Positions 48,381-60,199 of a stretch of DNA of 64,000 nucleotides are shown here, piece after piece (the first letter of the stretch is position 1; the number at the start of each line of letters is the position of its first letter). The DNA is from Ptychomitrium polyphyllum (taxonomy: Eukaryota). A program made the position numbers and the translations under genes. The stretch spans positions 5,828,001-5,892,000 of the forward strand of contig OZ316775.1 in the NCBI GenBank assembly GCA_973851085.1, written 5' to 3'. The notes under the pieces were generated by a model. The model was not told where the DNA came from. It was given only the letters and a program-made list of their open reading frames with translations, and did no database searches.

Positions 48381-51300
48381 TGTCACGAACATAGATCATG
48401 CAACATAATCATTAAAACATTCTAGAACCTTCTAGTATACTAGAATAGCTTCTTAGAATACTTTTAGATGTCTCCATAGCCTTTCCAAGTTCTTAAGAAG
48501 CTTCCTAGGAAAGTTCCTCCACCTTAGGAAACTTCATAGGAAGGTTCTATCATCTTAAGTAAATTCCTAGGAAACTTCCTCCAAAGATTCCACCACCATA
48601 GGAAATTTCCTAGGAAGGTTCCATCATCTTAAGAAACTTCCTAGGAAGGTTCCGCTACCTTAGGAAATTTCCAAGGAAGGTTCCAACATATTAAGAAACT
48701 TCTTGGAAAAGTTCCCTAAACTTCCAAAACATTTTTAAACCTTGTAGGAAGCTTCTTTAGAAGTATCCCAAAAGATACAAACATCATAGTATAAATAAGA
48801 GGCAAGACAAGGTATACCTTAGTCTTACCAACACAAGTTGTGGATCATCTTGAATCCTGTCTTATTTTAGTCTTTGTATCAAATTCTTGTTAATCATTAG
48901 CTCTTTGGAAGCTAATTCTTGGGAAACACTTTGTTTCTACTTCTTGTTTCTTGTGTCCCTAATAGTTTGGCAAGACTGCTCTTCATCTCTGTCAGAACTA
49001 AGGTTCTTTCAAGAAGATTGTGAATTACCCATCTTCTTTAAAATTCCATAGCGCCTTAGAGGTTGCAGATTACCGTCCTCTAAGTTGGCACTATAGAGTT
49101 GGTTTCTCCTTTTAAAACCAAGTATTACTTCTTTCAAAGGACGTGGATTTTTTTCTTTTGAAGGTACTCATAGTTTGTCTTCGAGAGTCTTAAGAAATGG
49201 ATAATGTGCCTGGAACATCAGAGAATAGGTTTGCAATTATTGCAGACCTTCAAGAATTATTAAACACAGTTCAAACAGAACTCGCCTGTTTTAATACCAC
49301 CAACAATATGCAGCAACACACTCGGCAAGCTGAAGAATCCAATGGTGATATTCAAAGCCTATATCAAGAGGTTGTTCGATTGCAAGAGGTCAATATTAGA
49401 AGGGAAGGCTTACGTTGAACCCACGCAAAGCCAAAAATTAGCATGCCAGACAAGTTCGATGGATCAAGATCAAAATTGAGAGGCTTTGTTCAACAAGTAA
49501 GACTCTTCCTTAGCTTGCATCAATCTCGCTATCCGGATGGCACAACTCAAGTGGGATTTGTGGCCACTCTTTTATCAAACAATGCACTATCGTGGTTTGC
49601 ACCCCTAATGGAGAAGCAGTCACCATTATTGAACAACTTAGATGCTTTTATAGAAGCATTGACATCTACTTTTGGAGACACCGACCGAGAGAGGGTGGTT
49701 GAAACAAGGATCTAGAGTCTCCAACAAGGACAACGCTCAGCTGCTACATATGCTGCAGAGTTTCGACAATTAGCTTGCCACCTTTACTGGAATGATAAAG
49801 CCTTGGTCACACAATCTTGATGGGGCTTAAGAGAGAATGTAAAGGACTTGCTATTCACAATGCCAAGAGTTGAAACAATGGACGAATTCATCACTCAAGC
49901 AATAGCATGTGACAATAGACTATTTGAGAGGCGCCAAGAACAACGCTTGGGATGGCGACCAATACAGTAAAGCATGACTACCATTTCTTTAGGAATATTT
50001 GAAAGCCGACCACAAGAACCAGAACCTATGCAAATTAATGCTGCCCAGTTCAAACGTTTGACTCCACAAGAAAAAGAGAGGCGTCAAAGAGAAAACCTAT
50101 GTTTGTATTGTGGCAAGTTTGGACATAAAGTGCGCAATTGCCAAATCAAAGGATTTGCCTCTAAGGCTCAAAGCACAATGGTGGAGTTGGAAAACGAGCC
50201 TCTCCAGTCACAGTAGAGACCATGCAACTGGACACCACAAGGAAACCACCATCAAATCAAGGTCTCTTACTACCTTCAAGCCCTACCTCTTATTTCATAT
50301 TTCCTATCAAAATTAAATTGTTAGATGATGAAATAATTAGCGAGGCTCTTTTAGACACTGGTGCAACGGCATGTTTTATGGACAAGGATTTTGCAACCAA
50401 ACATCACATGATGCTTGTGAAGAAAAAATATCCTACACCTGTTGAAGTTATTGATGGATGATCTCTTGCGTCTAGCAACGTTATTGAAGAAACTCAACCC
50501 TTGGAGGTTGTTTTAGGAGACCAGACATCTAAGATTGTCTTCAACATCATTCAATGCCGAACAAATCCTATTGTTTTGGGCCTTCCTTGGTTTGAATTAC
50601 ATAATCCAGATATTGATTGGCGCTCACGGAATGTGGTCTCAAGGAAAAGACGTCAAGGTACGAGAAATCTTGGACCATCATTTATTGGAGCTAAAGCATT
50701 TATGAGAGCGGCAAAGGATGAACCAATCTATGCCGTTTATGCCACGCCAATGTCTAGCTCTATAATAGAAACTAATCAAAATATACCTTGTCAATATCAA
50801 GATTATAAAGACGTTTTTGAAAAAAAGAATGCGGACATGTTACCAAAGCACCGGCCTTACGATTGTACCATTGAGTTGCAAGAAGGAGCCCAACCACCTT
50901 TTGGACCTATTTATAACTTATCACAAATTGAGTTGGTTGCCTTGAGAGAATATATTGATGAAAACCTTGGAAAGGGTTTCATTCAACACTCTAAATCACC
51001 TGCTGGACCACCCATTCTATTTGTAAAGAAGAAAGATGGATTATTACGTATGTGCGTGAACTTGGCCAAGCAAAGATATTCACCAAAATTGATCTTAGAG
51101 GAGCCTATAATCTTGTACGCATCAAAGAAGGAGACGAATGGAAGACAGCTTTTTGATCTAGGTATAGTCATTTTGAATACAATGTCATGCCTTTTGGCCT
51201 TACTAATGCCCCCGCAGTCTTCCAACATATGATGAATGATATCTTTCATGAACATCTGGATGATTTTATAGTCATCTACTTAGATGACATTCTGATATAT

Positions 51301-54300
51301 TCAAAGGATGAACAAGACCACAAATGTCATGTGCGATTGGTCTTAGAAAAACTACGCCAGTGAGGATTATATGCCAAATTGGAGAAGTGTCTTTTCCATG
51401 AATCCTTTGTTGAATTTTTAGGCTACATTATTTCCAAAGGAGGAATCCATATGGATAAGAAAAAAATAAGCACTGTCATGGAGTGGAGTACGCCAAGATC
51501 AATTCAAGATGTTCAATGCTTCTTGGAATTTGCAAACTTCTACAAAATATTCATCAAGAATTATTCCAAGATTGCGGCACCATTAACACGTCTTACGGAG
51601 AAGCAAAAATTCATTTGGGATGAAGAGGCGGAAAAAGCATTTCAAAGTCTTAAGAAGTCATTCACGTCGGCTCCAATTCTTATTCATCCAAATCCATCAA
51701 AGCCTTTCTATTTGGAAGCGGATGCCTCAGATTTTGCGCTTAGCTCAATACTCTCACAATATGATGAAGACGGAAGACTTCACCTTCTTGCTTTTTGTTC
51801 AAGGAAGTTATCAGCGGCAGAGATCAACTATGACATACATGATAAAGAACTACTTGCAATTGTGGATGCGTTTGAAGAATGGCGACACTTATTGGAAGGA
51901 GCTCAACATACCATCCAATATACACAGACCACAAGAACTTGGAGTATTTCATGAGTGCGCGTGTTTTGAATCGCCGTCAAGCAAGGTGGAATATGTCACT
52001 TTCCAAATTTGACTTTGTCATTACCTATCGATCTGGTAGCTTACAAGGTAGGCCAAATGCTTTATTTTGAAGATCTTATTTAGCTCCTCAATCTGGAGAT
52101 GATGTTTTGAATCAATAAAGGACTATTTTATTGAAACTAGAGAATCTTCAATTGAAAGCAACAATTATTACGACAACATCCCATCTTGACAAAATTTGGA
52201 AGGCTTTGAAGAATGACGTCTTTGTTTCAAATATAAAGAAGCGCCTCAAAGACAATGGAGACCCTTTAAATAGCGATGAGGACTTCGAATTCCAAGAGGG
52301 CCTACTTTATTATAAAGGACTTTTGTACCTACCTCCAAGCCCTTTGCGGTTAAAGATCCTTCAAGCACGTCATGATTTTCCAGCAGCAGGACATTCTGGA
52401 TTCAATAAAACAATGGAGTTGATTGCTAGAGACTATTGGTGGCCACAAATGTAGAAGTACGTGAAGGACTTTGTTCGATCATGCGACATTTGTGCAAGAG
52501 CCAAGGTACCAAGGCACCAACCTCATGGTCTCCTCCATTTGCTTCCAATGCTAAAGAGCCCATGGTTGTCTTTATCAATGGATTTTATCACGGACCTTCC
52601 AAATTCCGATTCTAAGGATTCTATTTTGGTAGTGGTGGATCGATTTACCAAACTAGCACATTCCATTCCATGCAACAAGACGGTAACGGGAGAAGAAACT
52701 GCCAAGTTATTCCTAGATCACGTCTACCGCATACATGGACTACCAGATGATATTGTATCCGATCGAGGGCCACAATTCATTTCCAACTTTTGGAGGGCTC
52801 TATTCCAGCTGTTGCGTGTAAAGATCAATCTTTCTTCAACACACCATCCGCAAACTGATGGCCAAACCGAACGTGTGAATCAAATTTTGGAACAGTACCT
52901 TTGTTGTAGCATAAACTACCAGCAAGACAACTAGATGGATCTCTTGCCTTTGGCAAAATTTGCTTATAACAATACGATGCATTCTTCAACAATTCAAAGT
53001 CCATCTTTGCAAACTATGGCCATCATCCTCGAGCAGATCCATTTCAAGTGAAGCATGTTGGAAGTCCTGCAGCAGAGGATTTTGCAATACAACTTGCTAA
53101 AATCCATCAAGAAATTACATTCCAGTTACAACAAGCTCAAGATCGTTACAAAACTTATGCAGGTCGCCATCGAAAGGACCATCCAAAGTTCAAGGTTGGA
53201 GATAGCGTATGGCTCCTACAACAAAACATACAAACAAAAAGACCATCAAAGAAGTTGGACTATCAAAGGCTGGGACCGTTTGAAATCAGCAAACAGATAA
53301 ATCCGGTTAATTATCGCCTAAAGCTACCACCAAGCATGCAAATTCATCCAGTATTCCACGTATCGTTGTTGGAAACTTATAACAAATCATGTATACCAAA
53401 GAGAATTGTCCCTCCGCCTCCTCCGTTGGAAATCAAAAATGAAATTGAATATGAAATGGAAGAGATCTTAGATTCACGCATCAAGAACGGACGTGTGGAG
53501 TACCTTATACATTGGCAAGGATATGGCATCAATGACCGAACATGGGAACCTTCAACAAATGTAACAAATGCATCCAAGAAGGTACGCAAATTTCATCAAA
53601 GATATCCTCAAAAACCAGGTCAGTGATGATGTGTGATCAATAGCCATTAGCTTCACAAAGAAGTTTTTCCTTCATAGACAAGTATAAGAAGGGAGGAGAG
53701 ATATCCAAACCTCCAATTGTATGCAACATTAATTCCAAGATAGATCATTTCTAGATCCTAGCCAATATGTCAAATCTTTGTGTTATCATGGATATGCGTG
53801 AAGAGCAGTCGGCCATGCCTTCATCAACAACAGCATCTATTGAGCCAACTTAACTTTCTCAGCCCTCGGTAACGGAGGATCTAAGTCAAGATATGAGAGG
53901 GACATCCCAACGTCGAGTACGACCTTGTGCAGAAGTATTGACTAGTCGCCCTTCACATTCCAGTCTTGATTCAGATGCTCGCGCTCTAGTCATCTTGATA
54001 GAAATTAGAAGAGTCACTTCTAGAGGACCCGAAATCTTGTTTGGAGGTTGTTTTGAAGGACTTAATAAAGATCAGATCTTGGGATGGGACATTTTAACAA
54101 CAGAAGTCTTGGCTGGTGGCCATCGGCGCTACTTGCAAGGACCAATTGAACTAGTGAACAAAGAACAACGAGCGGAGTATGTTGCTTCATTCCTTGGACA
54201 AATGTTGGAATTTGTAGAAATGTGACAAGCAAGCCATGAAGAGAGCTCCTCGTGGAACTCATTGCTAAATGGGGAGGTGATGTCACGGACATAGATTATG

Positions 54301-54817
54301 CAACATAGTCATTAGAACATTCTAGAACCTTGTAGTATACTATAATAGATTTTTAGAATACTTTTAGATGTCTCCATGGTCTTTCCATGTCCTTAGGAAG
54401 CTTCCTAGGAAAGTTCCTCCAGTTTAGGAAACTTCCTAAGGAAATTATCATCTTAAGTAATTTCCTAGGAAGGTTCCGCTACCTTAGAAAACTTCCAAGG
54501 AAGGTTCCAACTCCTTGGAAGCTTCTTAGGAAGGTTCCAACATCTTAGGAAACTTCTTAGAAGGTTCCCTAGACTTCCAGAACGTTCTTAAGCCTTGTAG
54601 AAAGCTTCTTTAGAAGTATCCTAGGAGATACAAACGTCATAGTATAAATAGGAGGCAAGACAAGGTATTCCTTAGTCTTGCCAACACAAGTTGTGGATCA
54701 TCTTGAATCTTGCCTTGTTCTAGTCTTTGTATCAAGTTCTTGTTAATCATTAGCTCTTTGGAAGCTAATTCTTGGGAAACACTTCGTTTTTGCTCCTTGA
54801 TTCTTGTGTCTCAAATA
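48381..54817 (+). mobile_element. Chromovirus Gypsy (Tcn1/RLG1-like) copy B, structurally full length, non-autonomous
   Basis: 5' LTR 48381-48964, 3' LTR 54281-54817, PPT AAATGGGGAGGTGA 54267-54280, TSD CCAAC/TCAAC (48376-48380 and 54818-54822); gag (MPDKFDGSRSKLRGF..ALSWF) through chromodomain. Confidence 0.93.
49197..53626 (+). pseudogene. Disrupted gag-pol of chromovirus copy B with C-terminal chromodomain
   Basis: gag 49197-50216 with internal stops; pol in the -1 frame from ~50190; RT has a deletion/frameshift after LRMCV (51057); IN and chromodomain end at 53626. Confidence 0.92.
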
Positions 54818-56902
54818 TCAACGTAATCACAAGCCTTGACCAATGGACATGGCTCATTACCATATACAATAACATATCCACTAAACTTCTCAAAATTCAA
54901 AATGTCGGAGTCTTATTTTGCACTGCCGCCAAGATTTTGCACAAATTCTTCTCCTTGTTGATAAACATTGCATCTTATTATGATCCTTTAGCGGATACTA
55001 CTTCTACTAAGTCGTGCTCTCAACCACCAAAATCACAGACTATTAATCCTACCAATGCAAGATTTTCTAGAATGAAAATCCGGTTCCAAACCACACCCAT
55101 TCTCAGTGCCAAATCAGCCTAGGAGTCCCTCAAGGACCTTATACAAAAATATCGCAAGCGCCAAACTCTTTGAACATTCTATGAGTCCACTTTTACAATA
55201 TCAATTCACACAATTCTTTTTCATCCACATACTTCTCCACCCCCTTCTTTGGTCTTTATTACTAATCTTACTATTAACCCCTTCCAATCTCCTTCTCCTC
55301 CTATTGAGGTACTAGTAATTAACCTAACTACCTGATTTCCTTTTCTATACAGCAATCCTCCAATGTCCTAGTGAACATGGTAGCTATAAGAAACACAGGG
55401 TCTTTTTTAGCATCTAATTGATCAAGGTCAAGGTGTAGGAAGATATTCTATTCCTAACATCCAATGAAGCAAATATCCTACTCCAAATTTTCCCTTTCCG
55501 CTCCCTTAAAAATCCCAAATGCTAAATATGTCATAACTTCTAGAAAACTAATCCAAAGCACCTAAAATTTTAACAAAACCTTTTTAAAAAATTCAGTAGG
55601 CTATATATCAATTTCAATTGCCAAATCCTTAGTACCCTCTAAGATTCATAATTTCAAAGTTTACATTCTTCATTACTATAGCTCCTATACCCCTATCACT
55701 TTATCACTTCATAACTTTTTTTTTATGATAAATTCAAATTTTGAATTTTGTGTACATAATACATATCTTATAATAAACACCTTATCAAAAGATCAACCTT
55801 AGAAAACCCTTCTATCATCTATAATGACCCAAATTGTACAACCCCAAGCTCTACTGTACACTGCCTTCTACGCCTAGGTTGCATTTGTCTTTGTATCTTT
55901 TGCTCAAAAAGTCCAATGCTCACCAAATTTTCACACAATCTTTCTAAAGTAATCGAAATCTTTCTTTGAAAATTTCACTTACAAAAAACGTTTCTATAAG
56001 AAGTTACAAACATTCAAACTAGCTGCGTTCAAAAACTCAAGGCAACTAACTAAACTTTACTCAAACTAAAGCCACGACCACATACTAACTTTAAATGGAG
56101 CATGTGACGGCTTTCTAAAAAGCTTACAAGGAAAGAAATAAAACCCAACAAAAATCAACTCAAATTAAAAAGTATGCTATAAGATCTCATCCAAATAAGG
56201 CTGCCTTCTTATTCTAATGGGAGAGGCCGAAAGAAGAGAAGAGGGCGATGGTCAAACCACCACATCCGTCCCTTATCTCTCCACGTTAATTCCTAATCTC
56301 TTTTATCAAACCCTTATCTAACCATATCTTCAAATAAAAAACATTATAAATCCCTTCTTTTTGCTTTTATTTCTTTTCTTTCTTTTGGTTGAAACTTCTA
56401 GGTTCCAACTACAAAGAAGATGAAATCAATCCTTACAAGTCTTAAATAGGAACTAAAAAAATCTAAATTAAATTAAAGAAAGTAGGAAAAAAATTGAAAT
56501 TCAATAAGAAACAAGTTAAGAATAAAACCATTGTCGAAGTAGGTTCAGACACCAAGTCATGAACTTGGTTGACTGGATAAGTTTCAGCTGCTGAACCGGT
56601 CCAAGTTTGATTATTGTCGAATTCGTTGAGTAGAACGGCAACACTTGACTTGGTACTGCTAGCAAAAATGGCAGATAAGAAAAATTACAGTCAACCGGCC
56701 TAATCACTCTGAGCTAGGACAAGATGCGGTTCCATCTCCAAAATAAATAAAAATTGTGGTTTTACCACGACCTTTATTTTAATCTAATTATTTCCTTTTT
56801 CTAATATTCCTTTCAAAATACACCAAACAATAAATACTACTCAAGTTTTAAACTATACAATTAATTACATCACAACACCTGTATTGAAGTACTCCTCGCC
56901 TC

Positions 56903-57690
56903 TTGCTTCTATTCTTCCCCCTACACCTACTCCATCTTCTACTTCTGCTAGTCCCCCTTCTTTTCCCAAAACCCCTATTGATGATTACTCTCCAATTCCC
57001 TTCCAATACTACACCTCGGTCTACTAACTATACCCACAACATTCTGTATGTAGACTATAACTTACAGAACCTTCAAAAAGTTATACAACATCAGTTAGAA
57101 ATCTTACCGCTACTAATAGAAGCTCACGCCAGTTTTAAGCAATTAGCCTTACAAGCCAAACTCGTCATTGATGAACGCGATTAGCTGACCGAGCAACTCC
57201 AGCTATTATTACAAGATTATGAGCCCTCCGAACAAACGTTGCACCACTTAAAAACCCAGGTCCAATCCTTGACATTAGAATGAGGTTACAACCAGCGACT
57301 AATTCACACGTAGCAATAGCTCATTACCAAGCGCATTTTAAATCTTGACCTCATACGGAAGGATCTAACAGATCTTTGTTAGCAGCCCCATCCAACATTA
57401 GACTTCAACAACAGGTTGAACAATTTACTACCAAGTGCATGCAATATTAATAGCAGGTGAAGACTAACAAAGTCTTCCATTGCAAGATGAAGTTCGATAT
57501 CAAAAGGCACGCAAATAACTCACAAAGAATTGCTAGCACCTTCACGATGCCTACACCGCAATCTACAACCAAGACGCCATTATTCACCATTACTACTAGA
57601 GCTTTTTACAATGGAAAGACGTTCATAGAGTAATGGACTCTCTTGTCTCTCTTAGTATACATGACTCAGATGATGAATATTTTGATAGTC
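56903..57690 (+). pseudogene. Degenerate Pro/Ser-rich plus coiled-coil-like ORF in the host Gypsy 3' region
   Basis: LQNLQKVIQHQLEILPLLIEAHASFKQLALQAKLVIDERD*LTEQLQLLLQDYE..LHHLKTQVQSL shows a Q/L heptad-like pattern with scattered stops; product not identified. Confidence 0.4.
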
Positions 57691-58008
57691 TAAACTTGGC
57701 CATTGATCAAACCCTTCCTTGAAACTACCAAGATTTTTCCATTACCTACTACTTCTTGTCTCTTACCGCTTGACACTAATTTCCATGTTTTCCCATCTTT
57801 TATTCTTCTTATTACCAATCTCTCTACCCCATCAACCCGATGCCAAACTCTTCCTATTCCTTTCCTTAATGCTACTATACGCACCTTTCCTTCCTATTAT
57901 GCTCCACCTTCAACGCGCCAAATACCTCGATGCCTTCAACTTCAGGAGATGTCCAAGTAGATTATTCATTGTGTTTCCAGAAGTAAACTTAGTCTAGAAA
58001 GGAGATAA

Positions 58009-58576
58009 TATTATCGGGCTACCAGGTGTTATACCCGGTACTACCAAACTTTCTCTACCAATCTCCCCTTAGCGGTACTATTATACATCCTCCATTAATA
58101 ATAATCGGATGGTACGAAGTGATATATTAGTTTAGACAAACAGATGTAGATCTACTTTTGTAGGATCTTGGATCTAAGTTTTAAACCTTTAACCAAAAGA
58201 ATCGAGGGTTTGTTGTATTTTGTTTTCTTCCAATGAAATAAGTTATACACTCCATTTTTGTTCCTTATCAATTTTGTCTTTAAATGTGTGTTTATATGCA
58301 AGCATGTATATCTTAGCAAGTTCTATAGTAGTTTATAGATACTTTTTGATACTCCATTGTCTTTTCTATTCGGTAGTATAAACTATAAACTCATATATAG
58401 TGATCTTATCTTATTTATATGCTCCAATAAGGAATTACCTAGTCTTAGAATACTCAGTAGTTACCAATCCCAGTACTAGTATAGCTGACCTTCATTAGAT
58501 AAGGATTTGTATTACAAAACTATTAACATAATGTTCACTTAGTAGTTACTGATCTTAATTGTTATCTATCTTAACA
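58009..58576 (+). repeat. 3' LTR of the host Gypsy
   Basis: TATTATCGGGCTACC...TTAACA followed by TSD GCCTT; homologous to 31339-31404 plus 36551-37044 and to 62141-62710. Confidence 0.92.
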
Positions 58577-60199
58577 GCCTTTTGTCTTGCCAATTCTTTG
58601 GCAATAAAAACCATTCCATCAACATCTTTGATTTGCCCTTTCTATCTAAGCTCAATTGCCATGTCTTTAAGTGAAAGAAGTATGTGATGCGCCGCAATAA
58701 CAATGCCCCCAACTTCAATCACAAATTTAATAAAACAACAACAAGTAATAACACAATTAAAATCATCCATGTCGTATTTGTGCCTCATCATGACCTTAGA
58801 GTCATTATCACAATACAATTTGGAGTTCTTTCTACTTTTAACAACTATTGCATCACATTGTGCAACTGCTCCAACTTTATTTTCATAAATGCTAGAGCAT
58901 TTGAAAAAAGAAGCATGTGACTATATTATAAGCATATATACTACATTTTTAAATTTGTCTACAAAATCAACTACACCAAAGACCACTTCATCTCCATTCC
59001 AACATATAGCCACAATTAAGTGAGGACTGTCTTGCAAAAGAGTAATTTCATCACCAATGCTTAAGGTTTTATATTATTGTACCTCATTCATTATGTTTCA
59101 AAAATGGAAATTCATATCAGGTCCGTTTGATGAAAAGTTACATTTCAATTTAAATCTTTGACCATTTCTTCTGAGTTCTATATTTTCTCTTGCCGCCTCA
59201 TATTCCACATCATTCTTTCTAAATTTTTTAACATACAATTGATGTATATCTAGTTGACCTTTCATTCTACTTTAAAACTCTCCTTTTTTTTTCTTTGTTT
59301 GCTTGACATCTCGCATGGATTTTCTTGCTAGTATATTAGAATTGGATAATTACATTCAATAGATTGAATGGTCTTACAATTAGAACATTGCTGAGATGAT
59401 AATCAAGCTTCCTTATGAGATGATAATCAAATTTTACTTCAACACAAAGTATGTATTCCAATAGATGAATATATATTTTGCTCCTTCAAATGCTCATCAA
59501 GAATACAATATTGCAACTTGTTAGACTTGAAGGCTGCAACTAAGAAGGCAACTTTTAGTAGTGGTGTTGGCTACATTCAACAAACATGGCAACATTGTTC
59601 AAATCTTAATTGCTTTAGAATATTAGTTGGTCATTGTATTTGGTTGTGTTCAATGTGTTGAACAGTTATTATTATTTTATGTAGATGGTGGAACTTATCT
59701 TGAATGTCTACTACATATGAATAAAGGAAATAATTTCTTTTTTTGCAATAATGTTTGGCCAAAAATTAGCTAGTTGTTGCCATTTGCCATAGTTGTGGTG
59801 GTTTTTTTGTACACTATTTAGACGACATTTTGCAATGGCTTTCTTCCTTCTATTTTGTCTTTATGCACTAGAATTTCTTAAACCTTTGCAAAACATTCAA
59901 TGGACATATTTTATTTAGCTCGTGATCACAAAAAGAAGATGGATTACCAATTGACTTATTGAAGATGGATTACCAATTATGGAAAAGCAATTAACTATAG
60001 CACAGCTTTCAAATGGCCCTTCTTAGATTGAAATTAGAAATTGTAAGTAATATGTAGCATAACTAGATGTAGCTTTAGATAATTCATGCTAATAAAACAA
60101 GTTGGATAGTAGTGGTTATAGAACCAAAGGAAATGGAAATTGTACTACAATAAAATTGTCATCTTCTTATGTCCAATTATTAATGGTGTACTAAAGTGA

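Larger units (their letters stand above)
47827..55122 (+). pseudogene. Degenerate extra ORF downstream of pol in the host Gypsy, split by chromovirus copy B (pieces 47827-48380 and 54823-55122)
   Basis: ATG 47827 is in frame with ORF 48061 (FVLKFLNTTIKKDGKGFLGTISSKQIFITIVMICDVLHL). After a frameshift, the 48144 frame (..NILSVLTN) continues in frame across the TSD into VITSLDQWTWLITIYNNIS. Resemblance to Athila-type extra-ORF domains is by eye only. Confidence 0.5.
31339..58576 (+). mobile_element. Full-length but decayed non-chromovirus Gypsy LTR retrotransposon (Athila/Tat-related, possibly Phygy lineage); host of three nested insertions, ~10.5 kb when they are removed
   Basis: TSD GCCTT at 31334-31338 and 58577-58581. 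5' LTR split into 31339-31404 and 36551-37044; 3' LTR 58009-58576 preceded by purine tract AGAAAGGAGATAA. RT WLSPIIVVSKKNKKLCICVDF..KDPY..FDGFLDYHQI (45252-45572); IN fragment 46659-47021. Confidence 0.88.

Noticed and set aside
53893..54225. 110-aa ORF between the chromodomain and PPT as an env-like gene
   Set aside because: Short, no motif or transmembrane segment; its presence in both copies is not independent evidence because the tract is homogenised.
58584..58593. GTCTTGCCAA as the self-priming PBS of the 28-31 kb relic
   Set aside because: No LTR-like sequence is adjacent on the expected side; more likely chance within the unidentified reading frame.
59100..60190. Possible host-gene pseudogene fragments
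   Set aside because: No sustained reading frame or recognisable motif.
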